NCBI GenBank assembly: GCA_051117555.1
Contig: JBNPEG010000001.1
Coordinates: 1-45,233, forward strand
From: Elainellaceae cyanobacterium
GTDB taxonomy: Bacteria > Cyanobacteriota > Cyanobacteriia > CAZCXK01
DNA: 45,233 nucleotides
Direction of reading: 5' to 3'
Under the pieces are notes generated by a model. It saw only the letters and a program-made list of their open reading frames with translations, made no database searches and had not been told where the DNA came from. Positions 37,469-45,233 of this stretch are shown piece after piece (within the stretch, counting starts at the first letter, position 1; each line of letters opens with the position of its first letter). The position numbers and the translations under genes were made by a program.

Positions 37469-38674
37469 TTATCCCTCAGATGAGGGCTGAGGATTCTGAG
37501 ATGTTTCGCGTCTGGTGGCTGGGGCGGTGGGAGCCGATGCATCGACCTCATTGCCGCTAGCTTCATCAGATCCTACAGATTGGCCAGATTGGCTGGGGGC
37601 GTCGTTTTCGGGACAGTCTCCGCTTTCAGCTTGAAACTCGACTGTGACCGTGTAGGTTCTGACTGCGCCGGACTCGTTCTCAAAACTATGATTGGCGATC
37701 GCCTCTAGAGCTTGCCGGTTGAAATATTCGTACCCCGAACTGAGCAGCAGTTTAGGCTCTTCAACAAACTGATTTTGTGGATTAATGAACACCCCATAAA
37801 TGGCGGTGATTGGCTCATCAGAGGCTGATTCTCGCTCTGACTCGCCATCTTTAATCATGCAGGCGATCGCCGCAGGATAGTTTCGGGCAATTGAAATGGG
37901 CTCTCCTTCCTGATATCCGCCTGCTTGGGCGCGATCGCGCCATTCTCCAATCGATTCGTTAATCTGATTGCCATCCGGAGGATTGTACGCAAACAAATTT
38001 CTCATCTCTTGTTGCTGCGCCAACAACTCCTGCATTTGCTGCTGTCGGGCTGCATCTCGCTGAGCATCCAAGTCAGGTCTTGGTGCTGTTTCCCCCAATT
38101 CGTCCAGCTCCTGTAGGTCGTCTGCTGAGCGACGCGCGTAGGTTTCTGAGTCGGGTTGCTGATTTTGAGTGGGAGGCTGACTCTGTTGGGGTTGTTGGGA
38201 GGGTGGCGTTGGCTGAGCTTGCGGGGGCGGCGTTGGGGTCGCTGGCGGAGCGGTCGCTGGCGGAGTCGACGGCAGCGGAATATTGAAAATTGGTGGAGGC
38301 GGAATATAGGGAATAGGAGGCAAGAAGGGAGACTGATAATTAGGCTTGGCAGGAGAGTCTAACTCTGGATTGCTAAACGAATCAAAATCGTTGTTAAACG
38401 AGTAAAAATCGTCGTCAGGAATCGGGGGCAGCTCAGGTTCGGAGGTTGACGCACTGGGGAGCCGGCCTAGCTCTTCGGGCGTAAGCTCCACCATGGGAAC
38501 AGAGCGCCGAATGTCAGGCTCACTGGCATCCGAAAAGGAGAGGGGAATAAACGGCAGTGCGGCTAGGAACAGTGCGTGAAACCCAAGAGACGCGACAGCG
38601 GGCCACCAATAGGGCTGCTGTGTGAGTTGACGAACGTTAGACGGAAGGGATTGAAGGAGAGATGGGTAAGACAT
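37469..38674 (-). CDS. Proline-rich TonB-like membrane-anchored protein
   Basis: SLGFH TM, Pro/Gln-rich linker, SSGY..FN..A C-terminal domain. Confidence 0.65.
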   Translation of the reverse strand: MSYPSLLQSLPSNVRQLTQQPYWWPAVASLGFHALFLAALPFIPLSFSDASEPDIRRSVPMVELTPEELGRLPSASTSEPELPPIPDDDFYSFNNDFDSFSNPELDSPAKPNYQSPFLPPIPYIPPPPIFNIPLPSTPPATAPPATPTPPPQAQPTPPSQQPQQSQPPTQNQQPDSETYARRSADDLQELDELGETAPRPDLDAQRDAARQQQMQELLAQQQEMRNLFAYNPPDGNQINESIGEWRDRAQAGGYQEGEPISIARNYPAAIACMIKDGESERESASDEPITAIYGVFINPQNQFVEEPKLLLSSGYEYFNRQALEAIANHSFENESGAVRTYTVTVEFQAESGDCPENDAPSQSGQSVGSDEASGNEVDASAPTAPATRRETSQNPQPSSEG

Positions 38675-38863
38675 AGCCGGGAGGGGGTGCTGCTCTAAGA
38701 TTCAGTGCTGCTCCAAATTGAGCGGGTTTGGATTGCCGACCCACTCGATTTCAGCAATTCTAACGATTGCGACTCAAAAACTGCCAATACGATTCTAGAT
38801 CTTGTTCTGTTGACCTGCGTGTCATTTCGGATGTTGCCACTAATACAGAATTTCAATGCGTGA

Positions 38864-39100
38864 TATAGCCGTACGCTCCCGTGTTAGGACGTTGAATGTG
38901 TGTGAGCCCCTGCGCCGTATGCGTTTAGCGCATGTGTGAGATCCCCCGCTGTCGCTGCCCCCTTGAAAAGGGGGCTATCTATCAGGTTGCTGAAGTCCCC
39001 CTTTTTAAGGGGGATTTAGGGGGATCTCTAGGGCGTTACGCTAAATACATACCCCGCGGCGCGGGGGCTTACACACAACCTTAAGCCCGTAGGGCTATAG
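38864..39100. mobile_element. Nested MITE: homolog of 36100-36193 interrupted by a second element (38917-39052) that contains a third palindromic repeat
   Basis: Outer arms match the reverse complement of 36100-36193; inner inverted repeat GTATGCGTTTAGCG/CGCTAAATACATAC; innermost GAGATCCCCC…GGGGGATCTC. Confidence 0.75.
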
Positions 39101-39833
39101 CGGTTGGGTTGACATGAATAATGAGCAATGAAAAATAGGACAGTTCAAGCATGGGGCGATCGCCCAAATCCGCATAGATTTTTTGGTGAGGATGACTGAC
39201 CCATTCGACGACAACACTCGATGACAGCAAATGATGACGCTGAAGAATCTGCCAAACCTCCGGATATACCGACTTAATTTTCATTAAAACAATCACATCG
39301 GCTGCATCAAGGGCGGTTTCCAAATCTGAAACGGCATATAAAGCAGGCAACACCAGTAATCGCTGCTCCCGAACCGTGAGGGGTAGCCCCAGTGCGGCAG
39401 TCGCTGCCATAGGCGAACACACGCCTGGAATGGCTTCGATCTCAACGGTGGGGTGCGATCGCTGGAGGGTCTGAGCTAAATAGGTAAACGTGCTATAAAA
39501 ACTCACATCGCCTTCGGTTACAAAGGCAATGTCTTCACCACGGGCAAGATAGTGCCAAAGTTTTTCGGCAGACTCGTTCCATGCGTGGGTGAGCACCTCA
39601 GGATCTCGCACATAGGGAAAATTAAGCGCAACTTGGGTCTGATGCGGATGAATCAATTGGGAAACAATCTGTTGGGCAATCCCCGGCTTGCCCCCTATCC
39701 CTGCTGGAAATGCCACCACCGGAGCACTCTTGAGAATTCGCACCCCTTTCAATGTGATCAGTTCTGGATCGCCGGGGCCGACGCTGATGCCGTAGAGCTT
39801 ACCGATTTGAGAAGGGTTCATGGGCGATCGCAT
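39081..39833 (-). CDS. cobI: Precorrin-2 C20-methyltransferase
   Basis: LYGISVGPGDPELITLK, EGD..FYSTF, IPGV.S, YFSL. Confidence 0.9.
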   Translation of the reverse strand: MRSPMNPSQIGKLYGISVGPGDPELITLKGVRILKSAPVVAFPAGIGGKPGIAQQIVSQLIHPHQTQVALNFPYVRDPEVLTHAWNESAEKLWHYLARGEDIAFVTEGDVSFYSTFTYLAQTLQRSHPTVEIEAIPGVCSPMAATAALGLPLTVREQRLLVLPALYAVSDLETALDAADVIVLMKIKSVYPEVWQILQRHHLLSSSVVVEWVSHPHQKIYADLGDRPMLELSYFSLLIIHVNPTAIALRA

Positions 39834-39984
39834 ATCTAAATCTAAAAATGACTAAGCTATTTATCGCACTATTAAGCGTTTTGTAACTCTTGTTTCGTCT
39901 TGTATGGTGTCGACTTTGATAGCGGTAAAGAATGAGTATAGTCATAGTCGTAAGGATAGATATCTGAAAATACCTGGAGATCGT

Positions 39985-40194
39985 ATGACTCCTCCGATGT
40001 TACGTCAGCTTTGGTCTGTGATTGAGCAAACCCAAACCAATAGGCTTATCGGTATGGATGATGCCAGCTTGTCGTCATGGCTGATCTCTGAGCTGCGCGC
40101 TGAGCGACCCGTTGATTCTCGCGAAGCGGATATGTTCAGTGCCTATATCCGTTCAAGAATTACCTTGATTCGCGACCTTGCCCAGGCTCGATGA
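39985..40194 (+). CDS. Conserved cyanobacterial hypothetical protein
   Basis: GGAG RBS; MTP..LRQLWS.IE.TQ…YI.SR..LIRDLA. Confidence 0.75.
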   Translation: MTPPMLRQLWSVIEQTQTNRLIGMDDASLSSWLISELRAERPVDSREADMFSAYIRSRITLIRDLAQAR

Positions 40195-40196
40195 TG

Positions 40197-41519
40197 TCAT
40201 TCGGGAGTCGAGAGGGCCAATTCTGAGCGAAGAAAATCTATAAATTGCCGAGCTGTTCTACCCGATCGCCCATTGTGTCGGGTTGCCCACTGTAACGCTC
40301 GATCGGTGAGTTCGTCTTCGCTGAGAGAGAGTTCAAATTGCTGAGCTAAATGGTGGACAATCGTGAGATACGTAGGTTGGTCAGCGGGTTCGAAGGTGAG
40401 CGTCAAGCCAAAGCGATCGCTGAATGAAAGCTTTTCCTGCACCGTATCCCAGGCGTGAATTTCATCGGAATCGCGGGGACGGGGGCGATCGCCAAAAAAT
40501 TCTCGAATTAAGTGGCGGCGGTTGGAGGTAGCATAGACCACTACATTTTGAGGGCGGGCTGTCAGGCTTCCTTCTAAGACCACCTTCAAGGCTTTGTAGG
40601 CATCGTCGTCTTCCTCAAATGACAGATCATCGACAAAGAGAATGAATTTCTGCGGCACAGGTCGCAGACGATCCACGATGATCGGCAAATCACTTAGGTC
40701 TGACTTAGCAACTTCGACGAGTCGCAACCCGCGATCGCCAAATGCGTTGACCAACGATTTTACCAACGACGACTTGCCCGATCCCCGACTGCCATAGAGC
40801 AGCACATGAAGGGCTGGATAACCGGCTAATAGTGCCTGTGTGTTTTGCAGGAGCGTCTCATGCTGATGAGAATAGCCCGCAAGCTCCTGAAGACGAATGG
40901 GATCAGGATAGGCAATGCCAACCAACTGCCCTGCCTGCCATCGCAGCGCTCGATATTGAGCATATAAACCAGCGCCGACTTGGCGATGATAAGCGGCTAA
41001 TTCATAAACCGCATCGCCCCAATCTTCGCGCTGCTCTAGCTTCTGCCAGATGGGATAGCTTTGAAGGCCGTTGACAGAGGGGGTGGGGTCATCCCAGGCA
41101 ATGAGCGGCTCATCGAGTTGCGCGATGTGTTGAGTCCAGCGACTCACCTGCTGGCTCGCGCATGAGTATAAGGCTTGTAGTGCACGGAGATCGTGGACAG
41201 CCGCCGCCGTCAGTGCAGAAGGTAATTCGTCTAGCTCGTCGTGCTGCACCTGTCGAGAAAAGGGAGTGTCAGCGCGCAAGATTTGAGAGATCACATAATA
41301 TTGCCAGCTTTGCCGATGCTCAGCCAAACTGCTAAACCATTGCCCATACGCCTGTAGGCAGTCGAGCGGTTGATGGTTCTCCTGCTGCAAACACGCCAGC
41401 AGATTTAGAAACGCGTGCCCAATCGGATCATCTAAAACGGCTCGATAAACTAGTAGGGAAGCGGCATGGCGCTGTAGCTGCCTCGCTTGGTGTTGAATGG
41501 TCTGCGTCTCGATACTCAT
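40197..41519 (-). CDS. DUF815-family AAA+ ATPase
   Basis: GSRGSGKSS, FVDDLSFE, YATSNRRHL, SGRTARQF. Confidence 0.9.
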   Translation of the reverse strand: MSIETQTIQHQARQLQRHAASLLVYRAVLDDPIGHAFLNLLACLQQENHQPLDCLQAYGQWFSSLAEHRQSWQYYVISQILRADTPFSRQVQHDELDELPSALTAAAVHDLRALQALYSCASQQVSRWTQHIAQLDEPLIAWDDPTPSVNGLQSYPIWQKLEQREDWGDAVYELAAYHRQVGAGLYAQYRALRWQAGQLVGIAYPDPIRLQELAGYSHQHETLLQNTQALLAGYPALHVLLYGSRGSGKSSLVKSLVNAFGDRGLRLVEVAKSDLSDLPIIVDRLRPVPQKFILFVDDLSFEEDDDAYKALKVVLEGSLTARPQNVVVYATSNRRHLIREFFGDRPRPRDSDEIHAWDTVQEKLSFSDRFGLTLTFEPADQPTYLTIVHHLAQQFELSLSEDELTDRALQWATRHNGRSGRTARQFIDFLRSELALSTPE

Positions 41520-41618
41520 GCGTCATGACAACCTGCATTCAGTTCTTCATACTACCGCTCAGGATGAAATAATGGATCCATGCAGACCTAACCCCTGGTG
41601 TAATTCACCACGATACTC

Positions 41619-41927
41619 ATGATAGTTGGAATAATTGCGGCGATCGCCTACGGAGTCCTTGCTTTAGTGGGCGGAATCATCGGCTACACCAAAGCAAAGA
41701 GCTTACCCTCCTTAATCTCTGGAGTGATTAGCGGGGCTTTGTTAATCCTAGGAGGCACTATCGCCAGCTTGGGTGCAAATTGGGGCATGGTGCTGTCTAT
41801 GATTGTGACGGCAATCCTGGTGATTGTCTTTGTCGTGCGCTTAACCAAAACACGCAAATTTATGCCGGCTGGGCTGATGGTCATTGTCGGCGTTGCCGCC
41901 TTCATTCTCATGTGGAACTCAGGTTAG
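41619..41927 (+). CDS. TMEM14-family small membrane protein
   Basis: GGIIGY.KAKS..SL.SG, RKFMPAG. Confidence 0.88.
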   Translation: MIVGIIAAIAYGVLALVGGIIGYTKAKSLPSLISGVISGALLILGGTIASLGANWGMVLSMIVTAILVIVFVVRLTKTRKFMPAGLMVIVGVAAFILMWNSG

Positions 41928-42183
41928 TCGACTCAACCTGATTGACTGACAAAAGATTCTGCATTAGGCGAGGAAACCTCGCCCCTACGGAATTTTGGAC
42001 AATGTAGGGGTCAGGTTATCTGACCCTTTGAATGGTCTGGGTTCTGGTAAGATAGCATAACGCATCAAACCCTTGCTGAGCGGTGCGTTACGGCTACGCC
42101 TAACAGCATCTTGTAGAGAACCGCCCGCATGAATTTCAGCAAATCAGCATTGCAAATCAGCACCGCCAATCAGCCCCGCCAAT

Positions 42184-42927
42184 TTATTCACCAGAGTCTT
42201 GCGGAGCCTCATCTTGAGGAAGCACAACACACTCTTGCGTCTGACATTGGTTTCCGTAGAGCTGATTAACATAGGGTTCTTGCCAGCTCAGCGGAATCTC
42301 TAATAAGTCGCGTGTTCCAGTGAACCCTTGCCCAATAAACAGCAACACAGCAATCACATTCAAAAAGGCATGAGCACGTCGCCAGCGAAGTTGCCGATCT
42401 TTATAGATATCCGGAACAATCGCCAGAGAAAAAATCATCAACAGAGCGGCTGCAATTCCATAGTAATAGTGGGATACAAACCACTCATATCCTCGACGAA
42501 ATACTTCGGGCTGGCTGCCTAGCAGAATGAGCCCCATTCCTGTCAAAGTAGCAAAGACGCCTCGCCAAACCTTTTGCTTTGCTTGATACAGCAAGGCGAG
42601 TGATGCAAGCGTTAGCACGAACATGATGATGACAAACGTAAAGCGTCCTGTCTCGCTCGCCCAGGTTTGGTTTGCAATCATCTTCGAGAAAATGGGATAG
42701 CCAATGCCTAGCAGAGCCAGCACTACTACCGAACCGGACAACCATCGTCCAAGTTGGAGATGGGTAGGCCCAACCGTAGGCGGAATTTTACTTTTTTCTT
42801 TATTGGCGGTTTGTAACCGACGCTGACGAGTTTGATACGACAAACGAACGACGCTTCCGATGAGTGGAAATACGATGGCAACAGCCAGAGCAGGGTGGAT
42901 AATGGCGGCGAAGTCTTTGAGATCCAT
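42184..42927 (-). CDS. DUF4079-family membrane protein
   Basis: IHP, QTRQRR, SHYYYG, WR..H..LN, GTRDLLEIPL.WQ. Confidence 0.8.
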   Translation of the reverse strand: MDLKDFAAIIHPALAVAIVFPLIGSVVRLSYQTRQRRLQTANKEKSKIPPTVGPTHLQLGRWLSGSVVVLALLGIGYPIFSKMIANQTWASETGRFTFVIIMFVLTLASLALLYQAKQKVWRGVFATLTGMGLILLGSQPEVFRRGYEWFVSHYYYGIAAALLMIFSLAIVPDIYKDRQLRWRRAHAFLNVIAVLLFIGQGFTGTRDLLEIPLSWQEPYVNQLYGNQCQTQECVVLPQDEAPQDSGE

Positions 42928-43329
42928 GCAGTGTCTCCGAGGGAACGGCAATTTAGACGATTAATGGAACGGTAGAGCAGGGCGCGACTCAACGTCGTCG
43001 ATTTCTAGAACATGTGAGCGATGTCTGTAGATAGTGTAAAAGCTTAATGCGGAGAGCTAAATGATTGGAACCTGAGAAATTGCTGAATAGGGTTTTTATC
43101 TGTTTCATTATCTAGCGGTAAGTGATACTAATTCTCCCAAGTAGTGCTCCAGATAAACAGGCTGGAATCTAATCAGGTCTTGTGCCCGTCTATCCAAAAT
43201 CGAAAATCCAAAATCGAGAATTGGTATGAGTCAGGTACGGCGCTATTCAGCTTCATTCTATTGGTCTGATATTTTGAGAAAAAAGCCCGTATATCAGCAC
43301 ACAATTTTGCAAGGATTTTTTGATGAGAA

Positions 43330-44394
43330 CTATCGAATTGGGGTCAAGATACCTGGCTTTCGTAAATCATTTAGGGTTTGGCTGCCTGTGCAGAACAGCA
43401 CTGTCCTAATCTCGGCCATGAGGGCATCGACCAAGTCATGGAGCGCAGCGGGTGATTCCGATGCAGCCTGCAAAAATGGGAATGCCATGCCAACGAGGTC
43501 GGCGCCAAGGGCGATCGCCTTTGATGCTTCTAACCCGTCGCGCAGCCCACCCGACGCAATGAGAGGAATATCAGGGGCGATCGCCCGCACCGACTGCACG
43601 CATTCCGCTGTTGGAATTCCCCAATTTGCAAAGGTTGCTCCTAATCGTCGCTGCTTCGCATCTTGCGCCCGTTCACTTTCAACTTTTGCCCACGACGTAC
43701 CGCCCGCTCCTGCAACATCAATGGCGCTTACCCCCACCTCCAGTAATCGCTGTGCCATGGGAGCAGAAATGCCGTTTCCCACTTCTTTCGCCACGACTGG
43801 AACCGGCAGCGCATTGCAGAGCCGTTCAATTTTTGACGATAGCCCTCGAAAGTTGGTGTCTCCTTTTGTTTGCACACACTCCTGCATAGGGTTGAGGTGT
43901 AATATCAACGCATCGGCTTCCAGCCAGTCAACAACGCGCAAACATTCATCGAGCCCGTAGTCATAATTCAACTGCACGGCTCCTAAGTTGGCAAAGAGCA
44001 AGATATCAGGAGCGTGCGATCGCACTGAGAAGGTAGACGCAACTGTTGGATTTTCAACCGCGACTCGTTGAGAACCGACGCCCATTGCAATCCGATAATG
44101 CTGAGCAACCTCGGCAAGCCGATGATTGATCAATTTGGCTTGCTCGGTGCCACCCGTCATCGACGAGATCAGTAGCGGCGCACTCAGCGACTTACCTAAG
44201 AAAGATGTCTCTAGCCGAATATCATTCTGATCAAGCTCTGGTAAGCAGGAGTGGGTAAATCGATATTGTTCAAAGCCGTTCGTAGTCTGACGAAACTGAA
44301 CATCTTCATCAAGACAAATTCGTAAGTGATCTGCCTTCCGATTTTGAGTCACCGTTGCGTCTTCTAACGTCGTTTTTCTATTGATAGAAGTCAT
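43330..44394 (-). CDS. fni: Type 2 isopentenyl-diphosphate isomerase
   Basis: RK.DH, SMTGG, GSQR, HLNP.QE, KEVG.G, GAGGTSW. Confidence 0.95.
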   Translation of the reverse strand: MTSINRKTTLEDATVTQNRKADHLRICLDEDVQFRQTTNGFEQYRFTHSCLPELDQNDIRLETSFLGKSLSAPLLISSMTGGTEQAKLINHRLAEVAQHYRIAMGVGSQRVAVENPTVASTFSVRSHAPDILLFANLGAVQLNYDYGLDECLRVVDWLEADALILHLNPMQECVQTKGDTNFRGLSSKIERLCNALPVPVVAKEVGNGISAPMAQRLLEVGVSAIDVAGAGGTSWAKVESERAQDAKQRRLGATFANWGIPTAECVQSVRAIAPDIPLIASGGLRDGLEASKAIALGADLVGMAFPFLQAASESPAALHDLVDALMAEIRTVLFCTGSQTLNDLRKPGILTPIR

Positions 44395-44504
44395 GCGATA
44401 TTGCGTAGAAATGAATGACAGGTAAAAACAGGGAACGCCAAAGTAATATCAAATCTTTCGTCCCCATAGCAATCCCGAATCATTCGTCACTCTAGTTCGT
44501 CACG

Positions 44505-45062
44505 CTAGGATGTTGAATCGGTTCGTGGACGAGTAATCAGCTCGACGGCATCTCGCCCATCCACATCGTGGAGACATACTCGAATCTGTTCCTCTTTTGC
44601 GGTTGGAAGCTGCTTTCCAGTGAAATCAGGATGAATCGGCACCTCTCGATGTCCCCGATCGACCAAGACTGCCAACCGAATCACTTCAGGTCGTCCATAG
44701 TCATTGACTGCATTCAGCGCAGCTCGAATGGTGCGCCCTTTGAAAATCACATCATCAACCAAGACCACCGTTTTCCCCGACAAATCGATTGGAATTTTGG
44801 TTTTAGCAGGAGTTCGTAATCGAACCTGATCTAAATCATCTCGATAGAAGGTGATATCTAACGCACCCACCGCCACTTTTATTGATTCCAGCATTTCGAT
44901 TTGCCGTGCTAGTAACTCTGCGAGCGGCGCACCTCGCGTATAGATGCCAATCAGCGCAAGTTTTGACAAATCGCCCGCCTGCTCGATGATTTCAGACGCA
45001 ATGCGCGTGACCGTGCGGCGAAGCTCATCCGGTGAAAGAATTTCGACAACTTCTGAGGTCAT
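44505..45062 (-). CDS. pyrR: Pyrimidine operon regulator / uracil phosphoribosyltransferase
   Basis: [14 protein letters not shown]…GRT.RAA, VDRGHRE.PI. Confidence 0.95.
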   Translation of the reverse strand: MTSEVVEILSPDELRRTVTRIASEIIEQAGDLSKLALIGIYTRGAPLAELLARQIEMLESIKVAVGALDITFYRDDLDQVRLRTPAKTKIPIDLSGKTVVLVDDVIFKGRTIRAALNAVNDYGRPEVIRLAVLVDRGHREVPIHPDFTGKQLPTAKEEQIRVCLHDVDGRDAVELITRPRTDSTS

Positions 45063-45096
45063 GGGAGGTGGGGATATTGAAACGGCGAGGAGTGAG

Positions 45097-45131
45097 TTAG
45101 ATTTTAGATTTTAGATTTTAGATTTTGGATT
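45097..45131. repeat. Heptamer STRR-type repeat (TTTTAGA)n
   Basis: TTAGATTTTAGATTTTAGATTTTAGATTTTGGATT. Confidence 0.85.
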
Positions 45132-45233
45132 GCAGCCGTAGGGTGATGTTAGCGTCAGCGTAACGCACCACCATGAGAGTCTCCATCACACAGCATGTCC
45201 GGTTTACCTTGCCCAGGTTTTCACCACCTTGCC

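Noticed and set aside
43226..43960. 244-aa plus-strand ORF
   Set aside because: It is antisense to fni with no recognisable motifs.
45204..45233. Possible 3' end of a minus-strand gene (GKVVKTWAR*)
   Set aside because: Only nine codons are visible, too few to support a call.

Overview
Cyanobacterial chromosomal window: dense HIP1 GCGATCGC sites, plus ntcA, crtR and DUF3370/DUF3084/DUF2839/DUF1815 genes. Positions ~10.4-45.2 kb are mostly core genome: an RTX Ca-binding protein, moaD, hisB, fabI, ntcA, crtR, a hybrid kinase plus REC-adenylate cyclase pair, dacB, cobI, fni and pyrR, with scattered MITE/REP-like repeats. Positions ~0.3-10.3 kb form an accessory island. It is bracketed by a 65-bp diverged direct repeat of the DUF3370 3' end that begins at a HIP1 site. 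The island holds a 21-bp minisatellite, a small gene with an RBS-sequestering leader, an AT-rich TPR-TIR plus membrane-protein pair (candidate anti-phage system), and five type II TA modules. Four of the TA modules appear to be integron-type cassettes, but the window has no integrase. Three copies of a ~50-bp attI-like site each end exactly at GTT and are followed by different cargo. Two attC sites are visible, and one cassette has perfectly complementary ends (GTTAGGCGGC...GCCGCCTAAC). The attI-like copies appear to have multiplied together with a HIP1-terminated ~115-bp element and vapC fragments. All family assignments come from motif recognition by eye; no searches were run.
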